A stretch of 64,000 bases of DNA, from the NCBI GenBank assembly GCA_030704615.1, contig CM060734.1, positions 1,302,001 through 1,366,000 of the forward strand, given 5' to 3'. This document shows positions 26,097-38,355 of this stretch, piece by piece. Origin of the DNA: Takakia lepidozioides (lineage: Eukaryota; Plantae; Bryophyta). The position numbers and the translations under genes were made by a program. Positions within the stretch are counted from its first letter, which is position 1. The number at the start of each line of letters is the position of its first letter. The notes beneath the pieces are model-generated. The model was not told where the DNA came from, did no database searches, and worked only from the letters and a program-made list of their open reading frames with translations.

Positions 26097-26820
26097 TGTC
26101 GCGACCCTTTGCCTTGAGGGCAGGGGGTCGGGTCGCAGAGGGGCTGCCCCTGTGGTGGGGGCGGTGGCAGCAATAGGTACGGGGGGCTGAAGCAACCTCG
26201 AGTGCCCAAAGCACTCGAGGAGGCGGAGGCACTCACTAGGTGGAGCCCCGCACACCAGGTTGCGGTGGGGGTGGCTCCACAAGGGGTGGTGGTAGCTTAG
26301 TGGGACTTAGTGGGGGTGGCATAGGACTCACCATGGGGGCGGAGACCTTGTGGTAGGAGTCGTGGGAGTCTTGGGACTCATTACGGTCCAAAGGGACCGT
26401 GGTGGGTGGGCCAAGACTCACTGCGACTCATCACCGGGAATCGAGGGTTTTCGTGGTGGTTCGCCATAAAAAGGTGGTGTTGTTTGTGAAACCCCCGCGG
26501 ACAGTCACAGAAGTATATATAGGGAGTAGTAACCCCGAGAACGGTGCAAGCCCGTTGGTGTCCAAAAACTAGTGAGTAAACGTGCGAGCCGGAAAGCGAC
26601 CAAGGTGTGGGGAGCTATTCCGGACTGTCATCGACCAAAGGGAATTTCCACTAGGCCCAAATTGGGAGAGGGTCTAGTGGAGGAGTAAAGGGGGACTGTT
26701 ATGCCCCGGTGAGCAGCCGAAGCTCCGAGTTGGCCCGGTGGCCAGTTTGGGAGTTAGGTGCGCGCATCAAGCGAGTAACTATGACTTGAAGGGGAGCTTA
26801 CCGAAGTGAGGTGCGCGACA
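26097..26820 (+). repeat. 3' LTR (724 bp)
   Basis: TGTCGCGA..CGCGACA followed by the TSD CAAAA. Confidence 0.95.
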
Positions 26821-29682
26821 CAAAACCACAGTTTCTTCCCTAATTTGCACTCCAAACTTGATTTGTCTTCTATTTCATACACTATTCATAGAGAGTTCTG
26901 CAATAGTGAGTGAAGAGAACACTTTTAAAAAAATTATTTTTGTTTGGTCCAATTTTTTGCAGGGATGTAGCGGTAGGAGGGTTGAAGCCAGAGAACAAGA
27001 TTGAGCCAAAAATAAAAAATTGTTACGTAGCAGAAAACCCCAATCAAAGACAGTGTAAACCTATTTATTTTCTTGAAATTTATTTAAACTCAATTTAATT
27101 GCAAATCGGTGGAAGGGCGAGGGCGTGGTTGGGGAGGCAAATGTTTGTTTCTTCTATTGGTTCTCCGCACATGTGTTACACACATATTCAAGCACACGCG
27201 GGCAAAAGATGGGCCTCAATCTCATCCGTCCAATGGGTGCATTACCCGTTCACCCATGACAGAATTTCTTTATCGCAATGAACAAAATTGAATGACACGT
27301 GAACGCCTCATTGGCCCATTGAACGAATTTCGATTGATCTCACATTACTTTGGGACCTGTCAGATGGTACATTGGACATACTGGCCAAATCTCGAAACGA
27401 ACGAAAATCATTTGGATGGGCAACCCTCCGTTGGCCCATTGGACGAATTTCGTTTCATCTCATATTACTCTGGGACTTCTTAGATGGTACATTGAATACA
27501 CTGGCAAAGTCTGAAAGCGAACCAAAAGCATTTGGATAGGCAACCATTTGTTCAGCCATTGAATGAATTTCGTTTCATCTCATATTAGTCCGGGACCTGA
27601 TACATGGTATGTTGAACATAGTAGCAAAGTTTGAAAGCAAACAAAAATCATTTGGATGGTCAACCATTCGACCGCCATTCTTTTTCGCAATGAGCAAAAC
27701 TTCATGATAGGAGAACGCGCCGTTGGCCCATTGAACGAATTTTGTTTCATCTTATATTACTCAAGGACCTGTGAGACGGTATACTGAAGACGCTGCGAAA
27801 GTTTCGAAGCGAACGAAAATCATTTGGATGGGCATCCATCCGTTGGCCCATCAAACAAATTTCGTTTCATTTCATATTACTTTGGGACCCGTCATATGAT
27901 ATGTTGAACATACTGGCAAAGTTTGAAAGCAAACAAAACTCATCTGGATGGGCAACCGTCCGTTGAGCCATTGAACAAATTTCGATTGATGTCATACTCG
28001 TACAGGACCTGTGAGACGGCGTACCGAACATACTGACAAAGTTTGAAATGAAACAAAAATCATTCAGATGGCCAACCATCCGTTGTCCAATCGAATGAAT
28101 TTCGTTTCATCTCGTATGACTCCTGGACCTGTTGGGCTGCGTTTTGTCTGCTCATGATTTGTTTTTGGCTCTATTCTTGAACCACTGGCTTGACGAGAAC
28201 ATATGCAATGTGCATGCAAACTTTGGGAGTAATCAAAAGTCAGTTGGATACTAAACCACGATTTCGCGCCTCATTTGCATTCCCAAAGTGGATTTGTCGT
28301 CAACTTCATGCACTCAAACAAAAATGAAAAAAATAAAATGAAAATGTTGTCTTCGCTCACTATTGCATAACTCTTTATCTCCATGATAGGTGAATGCGCC
28401 GTTGGCCCATTGAACGAATTTCGTTTCATCTCATATTACTCAAGGATATGCGAGACGGTATACTGAAGACGTTGCGGAAGTTTCAAAGTGAACAAAAATC
28501 ATTTGGATGGGAATCCATCCGCTGGCCCATCGAACGAATTTCGTTTCATCTCATATTACACTGGGATCCATGTTATGGTATGTTGAACATCCTGGCAAAG
28601 TTTAAAAGAAAACTCAACTCTTCTGGATGGGCAACTGTCCGTTGGGCCATTGAACAAATTTCGATTGATGTCGTACTCATCTGGGACGTGCGAGACGGGG
28701 TACCAAACATATTGGCAAAGTTTGAAAGCAAACAAAAATCATTTGTATAGGCAACCATCCGTTGCCCCATCGAATGGATTTCCTTTCATCTCGTATGACT
28801 ACGGGACCTGTTTGACTGCGTTTCATTTGCTCATGATTTTTGTTTTGCTCCATTCTTGAACCACTGACGTAGGGAAACCATGTGCAATGTGCGTGCAAAA
28901 TTTGGGAGTGATCAAAAGTCATTTGGACCCAAAACCACGATTTTCGCAACCCATTTGCACTCCAAAGTGGATTTGTCTTCAACTTCTATCACTCTTCATA
29001 AAGAGTTTTAGAATAGTGAGTGAAGTGAGAATTTTTTTTTTTCCATTTTTCTTTGGTCCACATTTTTGCAAGGATGCACAAGTGTGAGGGTTGAATACAC
29101 AGAACAAAATTGACCCAGAAACAATATCATTGCGTGGCAGAAACCCGCAATCACAGACATTCTAAGTCTAATTACTGAATTAAAATTCAAGAAAATCGAG
29201 TTAATTCAAAATTATTCGAAGGGGGACTACGTCGTTGGGGGGGCAAATGGTTTGTTTTTCTCTTGAATCTTTGCGCATGTGTTGCATACATATTCAAGCA
29301 TATGCGGGCTAAAGTTGAGCGTGAACCACATCCGTTCATCGATACAATTGGCGTTCACGCATGAGAGGATTTTTTTTTCGCAGTGAGCAAAACTGGGTGA
29401 CATGTTAATGCGCCGTTGGCCCATTGAACAAAATTCGTTTCATCTCATATTACTCAGGGACGTATAAGACGGTATTCTGAAGACGCTACAGAAGTTTCAA
29501 AGCGAACAAAAATCATTTGGATGGGCATCCATCCGTTGGCCCATCAAACGAATTTCGTTTCATCTCATATTACACTGGGACCCGTCTTATGGTATGTGGA
29601 ACATACTGGTCTGAAGTTTGAAAGCAAACAAAACTCATCTAGATGGGCAACTGTCCGTTGGGCCATTGAATGAATTTCGATT
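26821..29682. repeat. ~119-bp tandem repeat array with higher-order blocks (right part)
   Basis: Same unit as 19925-21052. The block at 20245-20520 recurs at ~27018-27290 and, diverged, at ~29130-29400. Confidence 0.85.
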
Positions 29683-31379
29683 TGTCGCGGCCCTTTGCCT
29701 TGAGGGCGGGGGGTAGAGGGGCTGCCCCTGTGGTGGGGGTAGTGGCAATGTTAGAGGCTCATCATGGTCCATTGGGCCGTGGTACCAGGTGGGCCAAGAC
29801 TCACCGTGACTCATCACAGGGAATCGAGGGTCTTGGTGGTGGTTCACCTTAAAAGGACTTGGTTATTTGCGAAACCTCCATCGACACATACAGAAGTATA
29901 TATAGGGAGTAGTAACCCCGAGAACAGTGTAAGCCCGTTGAGTGACCAAAAGCTAGTGAGTAAGCAAGCGAGCCGGAAAGCAACCAAGGTGTAGGGAGCT
30001 ATTCCGGACTGCCATCAACCAAAGGGAATTTCCATTGGGCCCGATAGTTCGAGGGTCCTGTGTGGGAGCAATGGGGACCGTTATGCCCTGGTGAGAAGCC
30101 GAAGCTCCGAGTTGGCCCGGCGGCCAGGTTGGGAATTAGACATGCGCATCAAAGCGAGTAACTATGACTTGAAGGGAAATTTACCAAAGTGAGGTGCGCA
30201 ACATTTGATATCAGAGCTAGAGTTCAGTATGCGATCGCCCTTGGGATTGACCTCACCATGGGACCGAGCAAAACCAAGCGAAAGCGCAACGGCCCGAAAG
30301 CCGATGATCCTAGTGAGCCCGGTGGGGCCTACGCGATGCTGGAGCGGCAAACGAAAGAGGCTATTTATGCTTCTAAAAGCGAGGCTGCTCAAGAGCAAGA
30401 GAAATTTGGGGAGTCGGAGCCTGAGGACTCTCCAAGAGACCCGTCAGTCCAACAGATGCCGCTACTGCCACCAACTTTCTGGGAATGCCTTCTGGCGCAG
30501 TTTGGCGGGACGTTGAAAGACGTGATGAGGGCGGCTAATGCCACTTCAACTAAGGCGAAGTTTAAGGTGAAGCCTAAGGAACCCGACACCTTCGAGGGCG
30601 TCCGAAATCGGAGGGCACTCAACACCTGGCTCTTAGAGCTGGAGCAGTACTTCCGGGCGGCCAAACTGAGTGACGAGGATCGGGTGGAAGTGGCTTCCAC
30701 CTATTTGAGGGGCTATGCTCAACAATGGTGGTAGAAGCGTCTTAATAACCAAGGGCCAAACCCTGAGCCCTTGAGTTGGGGTGAGTTCAAAGAACTCATG
30801 AAAAAACAGTTTGTACCTCTCAATGCGTCCTGGCTTGCCAAAATGAGGAATTTGAAGCAAACAAATGATATTCGAGGATATGATCAGGCTTTTAATGTAT
30901 TGTTGCTTGAAGCCGCAGACATGGCGGAACCAGAAATGGTCTTCAACTTTGTGGCGGGACTGGCCCCATGGGCTAGGCGGAAGTTGGAGGAGATGCCACC
31001 AAAGACTTTGAACGAGACCATTGAAAGGGCTGAATGCTTCTCAGATGTCCTTAGGGGCGAAAGACAGGGCCATACGGAGCTGAACCAGAAGAAGGTCCGA
31101 CGGGAATGTGATCGATTCCGGTCGGAAAAGAAGTGGGATAAGCCATACGGCGACAATGACAATTGGAGATCGAAAGGAGGGCCTTCGCACGCCAGGGCGG
31201 CACCCGGTGCTCCAAAAGAAAAAATAGGTGCGACGACACATGACCGGCAGAAGACGACATTTGATGGGGTGTGCTTTAATTGCGGGGAGACTAGGCACAT
31301 GACCAAAAAGTGCCCGAAACCCCGACAGTTGAACATGACAACGGCGACCACAGAGCTTTCCGAAGACTCCATCAACCGC
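29683..31379 (+). mobile_element. Truncated related Gypsy element: 5' LTR, PBS and gag only
   Basis: LTR 29683-30203 is shorter, with internal deletions. PBS TGATATCAGAGC. gag is paralogous to 21833-22960 with TAG at 30732-30734 and breaks off after the zinc knuckle. Confidence 0.92.
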
Positions 31380-31394
31380 GGTCGCCTTACTTTT

Positions 31395-31800
31395 TAGAAA
31401 AACTTAACAAAGCGACCACCATAGTGGCGGTCGCTTCATTTTTTAAAAAAACGAAAAAGAGAGACAGCCATAGGGCGGTCGCTTCATTTTAAAAAACAAA
31501 TATAAATTAAAAAAAATTGAAAAAACAACGTAAACGAGCGACGGCCGAATTGGCGGTTGCTTCACTTCCTTAAGAAACGAAGAAGAGCGACCACCATATG
31601 GCGGTCGCTCCAGTTTTTATTATTATTATTATTATTATTATTTAATTATAATAAATTTATTTAATAAATAATAAATTAAAATTTATTTAAAAAAAAAAAC
31701 TTAAAGAAGCGATCGCCGTAATGGCGGTCGCTTCAGTTTTTTAAAAATCGAAAAAGAGCTACTGCCATAAGGCGGTCGCTTCATTTTTTTTCTTTAAGAG
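31395..31800. repeat. Second array of GCGACC(A/G)CC..GGCGGTCGCT palindromic units
   Basis: Same core as 17860-18200 with A-rich spacers and a (TTA)n tract. Confidence 0.8.
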
Positions 31801-31807
31801 CAAAAAA

Positions 31808-32255
31808 TTATTTCGAAACACGGATGAATTTTGGCACCGAAATAGGGATGAATGTACGTGGGAGCAAAAAATTATTTCGACCCACGGATGAATTTCGGCG
31901 CCGAAATAGGGATGAATGTACCCGCGAGCAAAACGTTATTTTGACCCACTGATGAATTTCGGTGCCGAAATATGGATGAATATACCCGCGAGCAAAAACG
32001 TTATCTCGACCCACGGATGAATTTCGGCGCTGAAATAGGGAAGAACGTACCCGTGAGCAAAAAGTTATTTCGACCTACGGATGAATTTCGGCGCCGTAAT
32101 AGGGATGAACGTACCCGTAATCAAAATGAATTTAAACCCACGGATGAATTTTGGCGCCGAAATAGGGATGAACATACCCGTGAACATAAAGGTATTTCGA
32201 CCCACGGATAAATTTCGGCGCCGAAATTCGGATGAACATACCCGTGAGCAAAAAT
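31808..32255. repeat. Seven tandem ~64-bp units with palindromic core ATTTCGGCGCCGAAAT
   Basis: Units start at ~31808, 31872, 31936, 32001, 32065, 32130 and 32193. Confidence 0.9.
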
Positions 32256-35200
32256 TAGGGCTGAATCTCACCAAATAGATGTATTCGACCATGGTGTCCA
32301 AGATAAGCCGGCGTACTAGGTGCGGTCTGCTTTCACCTCTGACTTCCTTAACAACTCCGGATTGATGGTTGTTTTAAAGTCCTTTAGAGGTGCAAGTCCC
32401 GTTTCTTGCACTCTATACAACACAACATATGTGTCATGTGCGTTTTTACGCTTCTCTGTCACCCTGTCACAGAACACACACATTCCAATAATGGCAACGC
32501 AATCGGCCCGTATGCAGAAGAAATGATGACATTGAACCCAATTGGATGGGTCTGATATTAAAAGTGGCTGCTACGCAGACAGAAGGTCTATCATGAACAA
32601 GTCATAGTAAAGGCGACGTTAATCCTCCGTCTGAGGATTCTTTGGAAAGTTTTTGATGACAATCTCATTGGCCAATTCTCGTACCTATATTTCATTATGA
32701 GGACCTTTGAGGATTCTGGGCCAGGTCTATAAGTCATCCAATTCCAAATGAAACCAGGATATATTACAATTACGGCGCCATTATGTGCTACCGAACTTAG
32801 ATTTCTTAGCCTAAATCTGCAAGTACAAAGACACGTTCAATATTCACTGACTGCCATACGCAATTTCGGCGCCGCAATAGCGATTGCAGCGGCACATAAA
32901 TGAGTACTTCATGTCTTTACAACCATTACAAAAATGTAAATTCGTAGAAAAAACGTCATTTCCATGTATAAAACTTGTCATCAAATAGCAATGTCACTTA
33001 TTATCCCTATAACAGTGTCATTGTTCATCCATCATCTGGGTCAGTTCATTCATATTGCGATGTCGTAATTCATCAGTAGAGGGGCCGACCGGTGTCAGGC
33101 TGGGACCGTTTATTCTTATTGCGACACCGCAATTCATCCAAAAAGACACCGCATATCATCCAAAACGCTCTTTATCGTCTTCAAGATAGACCCGTTCATC
33201 TAAATTAGGATGAACGTACCCGTAATAAAAAAGGAGTCGGCCCATCCACAGAACGTGATAACCCGACACTGTTGAAATACAGCGCCGTAGTTGAATGGGC
33301 CCATCTGTAGAACGGAATAGCCCGGCACAGATGAATTAATACGCCATATTATGGATGAACATGCCAATCCCCATAGCGGGATAACCCGACACTGATGAGT
33401 TGCGGCACCGTAATAGGGATAAACAGGTCAATCTCGAGGAACGGAAAGCATTCCTGGCCTGGATGAGTTCCACTGTTGGATGTGAGATCCCCAATAAGAC
33501 CCAGGCCCTCGTCCGGGATGCCATCATCCTTGCAGGCAGCGGTCGCGGACCAAGTACAGATCCAAAGTTGTCAAGTCTATAGCGATCCCTGACCCAAGCC
33601 TTTAAGATTGTCAGAGATAGCAAAGCACTACTCAAAAGCCATCAAACCAGAGATGTGGAAAAACTACATCATATTACCACCGCTTGTGTGGACCCGGCCG
33701 AGAAGGTATGCAAATGTCTGCTACTATTTTACTGTCTCATTAAAATCCTCTGTCAGCTATCAAAATTGCTCTCTAATATATGTTACAAGATGAGTGCGGA
33801 AGCCTTGAAAGTGTGGACGGAAAGAAGTGCTGCACCCACCTTGCAGAAGAGGTGGACTTGCATCAACAACATGGACCCTCTAACCTGCGATGGCCAGAAG
33901 GTAAGCTCTAGAGTTGTCTAGTGTAAATTGCGGCGCCCTTATTCTAATTGTGGGGAATCTTATGTCAAAATAACGACCTTGTTTTTGTGCAGCCTCTTCT
34001 ATTTGACACATTCATCAAGAAGAATTCAGTTTTGAATTTTGGGGAGACGGTTGTATGGTTGACTCCACAGTGGACCCTATAGAGTATGACATTCTCTTCA
34101 ACCATGTCTCACCACGCAATATTCCATGGGACATGGGGGCGGAGGGCTTGGAGGCATGGGAGGACAAGAAGTCCTACTTTCATTCAAATGCTGATGGAAA
34201 CATGTTCAAGCATAGAAGGCAGGGTGTTGGACATTGCAGCCAACACAAGTAGGAGATTCTTGTAATTGCGGTGTAGTTATTAGAGTCCATTGTCCTCTAT
34301 AGATATTCATGGATTTACTATGGCTACTCACGATTGCCATTGACATATTTGTTCCTGATCACTAGACTCATGGATAGGTGCTTCAATGTAGTCTAGTCAG
34401 CATGTCTTCGCATTTGAAGGAAAAACAGCCTTCAACAACTCCCATGTAGCGGGCTTGCAGCAGTTGCCAGCAGAGGAGGAGCATGAGGACGATGAGGACT
34501 GGCAAGAAATGACCTTCTGGCAAATAATGACATTTGTATTTCAGTCTTTGTTTCATCAACCATCTCCTCATTGGACGAGTCTGCAAGGCTGTAACATGGT
34601 AGTATGTAAATATTGCCATATGTCAACAAACGTTTAGGATTTATAATGGTCAAACATGGATGTCACTATAATTGAACCCAACACACTTACAATGGTGCAA
34701 CTCACTCAAATACATGGGGGAAGCGGCTTCTCCTGTACTTGAGCCTCCTCAACTTCGGTCTCCTCCTCCCCTTCTTATTTCTTCTCCCATTGTGTGCAAA
34801 CACGGCTGCTAGAGATCCATTAGGAGGACGGAGAGACCTAATCGGGTAGAGCAATTACCGGCTGCAAGAAATGAGAGAATACAATTGAGGGAGGCCCAAT
34901 TGTCAAGGCCAAAATACTCAAGTTTATCGCTCTGTCCGCGTCTGAAAGTGACGGCGATGAGGAGGACACTTTGCAAGCTTAGGTGGAGAGTGAATGGCAA
35001 TTTCCTAACCTCTCTTCAGTCAATGTGGGATTTATTTAGTCTTAAAAAAAAGCCAATTCAACTGTATTATGTGATGGGACCTCTTATCTTCGACAGAAAA
35101 ATGACACAACAATAGGCTAGTATAAGGTGTTGGGAACAACAAAACCTTTACAAATGATATAATAGTGTTGCAATAAGCCAATGTCTCTTTACTTTATAAT

Positions 35201-35493
35201 TTTGGGTGACCACAAACAAAAAAACCTCGCAGCAATAGGCCGGTCTCAGGTCATCACTACCAAGAAATTTTTCGAGAAACACGAAGCTGGTATTACAGCA
35301 CCCTGATTAACCCATCTCTTGTCATTTTCTATTCTTTTTCTAAACCCTAAATGTGAATAACGGCGCCGCAATAGGCCTAGCCGCGTCCCCGGAGTTCAGA
35401 AACAATGCCTATTACCGTGGATATATGCCCTATTACCGTCAATAACTTCTAATTCCGTGGATGCACGCTCATGGGCTCATGAAATAGTAAACC

Positions 35494-36680
35494 TCAGGCC
35501 ACATTAGACACTTTGCCAAGGCGGTGAAAAATGTTGAAGGCAGAAATCGCAGCTATAAATCCAACGACAAGAAAACCAGCCACACCGGTTGCAATTGATA
35601 TCTCCACCTTTTTGCAAAACTTTCCATAAAATATGCAAATTGGTAACCACTCTGCAGTTGGTACACCTTTTATGGCAATATATCCGATTTCAGCAGATGC
35701 CATTCCAGTTGCGAGAAGCAAGTATGCCGTCGGTTTATCCAATACAAATGTCACAACTCGGACACCTTGCGCGAATGATGTAACTTGATTTGTCCCCAAA
35801 CTCAACAACGAGATTATGAGTTGCAAAAGAGTATATCCAGCCATGACAACAATGATCTAAATATGAACTCTGCATTTCCACAATTAAAATTAGTACATCC
35901 TTGAAGATGGACCAACATACAATCTATATAACCAAGCATTAATTCATCATGTCGCAAGAAGATTGTATCATTTGCCCAAGCAATCTGCACCCAAATTAAC
36001 GACCGGGACAAGAACAACCTCCTGTGTTCCTGAAACCACTCATTAAAGTATGACAAAGTTTTGAAGGTTATTACAATCAGAGTAACACTCTGCTGATTGA
36101 TGATACGGCTTTGAAGTGCTTGCTGAACCCTCCTGAATCATGTCTTCTTCTCAAGTCTTTTGAGAACATCGACGTCGACGATTTCTTCCTTTGCAAACTT
36201 AGAGATTTTTTGCTTGGCTTCTTGAAATTTGAGAACGTTTCGAGCTTTTTGAAAGCAAGGAGAATAAGCTTTCCACCTTTTAAAGTTAATGATCCACAGT
36301 TCAGGCCTCTTCTTGATTATATTGACAACTCACAATATCGTCATTTTCGAGTAAATGATAAATAAATATTCTTTATCCAAACAACATACACAAATTTAAT
36401 CCAAACAATTTTACGACTTTCATGCAAAGTGTGAGAGAGAAGACTCACTTGAGTGCCAAGATGCCGGTGTACTTAGATTTTACCTCCACTATTGTCAAAT
36501 TAATGGATGTGGGTCCGGGCACCATTTGAGGTACCAATGCACTCTGCTATGATGTGGCCATGTTGTATGCAACTGTTGCAGTCAATCCAAGAGCAGCCAG
36601 TAGCAATATAAACTGCAACACCTTCACCCATATCACCTCCTTGCTTAAAATGTTTGGGTAGCCATTAGATGAATTGTGCG
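35494..36680 (-). pseudogene. CASP-like (DUF588/MARVEL-type) membrane protein pseudogene, two exons
   Basis: Exon 1 reads LAALGLTATVAYNMATS*QSALV..KSKYTGILALK followed by GTGAGT (stop at 36547-36549). Exon 2 reads AGYTLLQL..FVLDKPTAYLLLATGMASAEIGYIAIKG..WLPICIFYGKFCKKVEIS. A second stop lies near the acceptor. Confidence 0.8.
35960..36365 (+). pseudogene. FCP1/NIF (HAD phosphatase-like) domain C-terminal fragment inside the CASP-like intron
   Basis: PVFLKPLIKV*QSFEGYYNQSNTLLIDDTALKCLLNPPESC matches the KDL..NTLLIDD...LNP pattern. Confidence 0.65.
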
Positions 36681-38355
36681 GCTACTTCTTCCACAAAGGT
36701 TATAGTTACACAAAAAATACTAGTTGGAGATAAAACGTCCAACTAGAAACTTAAGAGCAGACCCACACTCCTTCAGAAAATAGCTCAAGGCTTAAGATGC
36801 ATAGAACACATACAGAATGGTGAGAGACTGGTTGTTGGGGATGAGCTTATATACTACTTACCCCTAAATTACTTTTTTTGCAAACTTTTATTAAATTTGG
36901 CTTGGTGTTAAACATCTTTTTCAGTTGCGCGCCCCGCCTACTAAATTTGGACAAAAAAAGAATTTTAAATTTTGCTCCATTTCAATAATTATAAATAAAG
37001 TTCTCCAGGGCCTTTCCCTGTTCTCCAAGAAAAAAAAGAAAAAAAGAAAAAAAAAGAAAAAGAAAAGAAACCTAGTAGACATTTACTAAAAATTAAGATT
37101 ACCGTATTTATCAAAAAGGTCTTTTTGTTCTAATTACATAATGTTTTTCAGGCGCACTTCTTTTCTTAAGAAACTTAATATCTTGAGTTCTGGCAGCGGC
37201 ACACTCAGTACACCCTGTAATCACTTTCCTAATTATATCAACACAAGACCCATTTTTTGCAGAGCAACGCCGCAAGGAGCTTGTGACGGCACACACCACT
37301 TCTAAATAAGTGTGTCGAGCTTTGTAGAACATTATGTTCCACATATCTTTCCTTGTTTTGAAATTCTCCAACATTAATGGCATCGAGTCCTCACTATGGT
37401 CTTTGCTCATGATCTATGAATACTGAAATTTGTTTCTGGGTCCGGTCCTTGCAAAAGTAGCAGAGGGACTGTTCCTGTATGTGATAGTGGCGAATAGAAG
37501 TATAGAGCGTGAGCTGGTGACATTCCTTATCAACGAGCTCCCTCAATCGGGTTCATCTAGGTGATCAGAGGCGTCGCCTCGGAACCTCTCATGGAAGCCC
37601 CTCCCTTTCAGGACTTTCCAAATTAAAATTAACCATTCAGGCTGCCATTGTCAAAGCTTTTAACGCCAGGGAACAGGAATTGCTGTATTATGCCTGGCAA
37701 CGAACCTTCCCATCATTTACAGCTCCCAATGCTCCAGTTTTCCATTGCAATTGATGTTGTTCAACTGAAACCTTTGCAGGGAGAGTGTTGGGTTTCTGTC
37801 CTGTTTGTCCTCCAGGAATGTCACTGCATTGCATCAATGCAGTGAAACTAGATATCTGCGCAATATGGTTCTTCCTGCTACTGAAGCTCCACATATTTTT
37901 TTACTAACTTGCATCCGCAAACATATAGGCAAAGATCATTGGCTAACCTGGTGCCCATTGGCATACAACAGACACAAGATCCCAAACTCCCCACTCACAA
38001 TAAAGTAAGATAGAACCAGAATTGAGAAACTGCCAGCAATCCATGCACGGTAACAGATAAATTAGCTTTACTGCTTAAGAATAGGAGGATCTCTTCTCCT
38101 TGGACACTGGAAACCGTAATCGCGGAATGTACAAGTTGCTCATCTTGCTCTGACTTTATTGGGATATATCTCCTGCTATCTACTACAAGGTTCCACAGAA
38201 TATGACCCACCTCCACCTACGTTCAGTATTTGAAGTTGATGTGTGCCATGATAAGAGTCTCCGATGAAAATCCCTGCCAGCTGGAATCCCATCCACATCA
38301 CCTTAACACCTACAAAATCCCTTCCAGAAGGTTTGATAAGATTTCATCAAACCTC

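Larger units (their letters stand above)
21053..26820 (+). mobile_element. Ty3/Gypsy LTR retrotransposon, Galadriel-like, both LTRs present but defective
   Basis: LTRs at 21053-21777 and 26097-26820 with TG..CA ends. 5-bp TSD CAAAA. tRNA-iMet-type PBS TGGTATCAAAGC at 21780. G-rich PPT-like tract before the 3' LTR. Domain order gag-PR-RT-RH-INT. Confidence 0.96.

Noticed and set aside
31808-32255. CRISPR-like regularly spaced palindromes
   Set aside because: The intervening sequences are also repeated, so there are no unique spacers. No cas genes are present and the context is eukaryotic.
33200-35120. Spliced gene-like fragments
   Set aside because: I could not assign a family or build a coherent reading frame. 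They are probably transposon debris.
35255-35275. CACTACCAAGAAA as a CACTA terminus (also CACTACAAAG at 63502)
   Set aside because: I found no matching inverted partner or TSD in the window.
37111-37410. 99-aa ORF with H..CxxC suggesting an integrase zinc finger
   Set aside because: The motif is incomplete and no flanking integrase sequence is visible.
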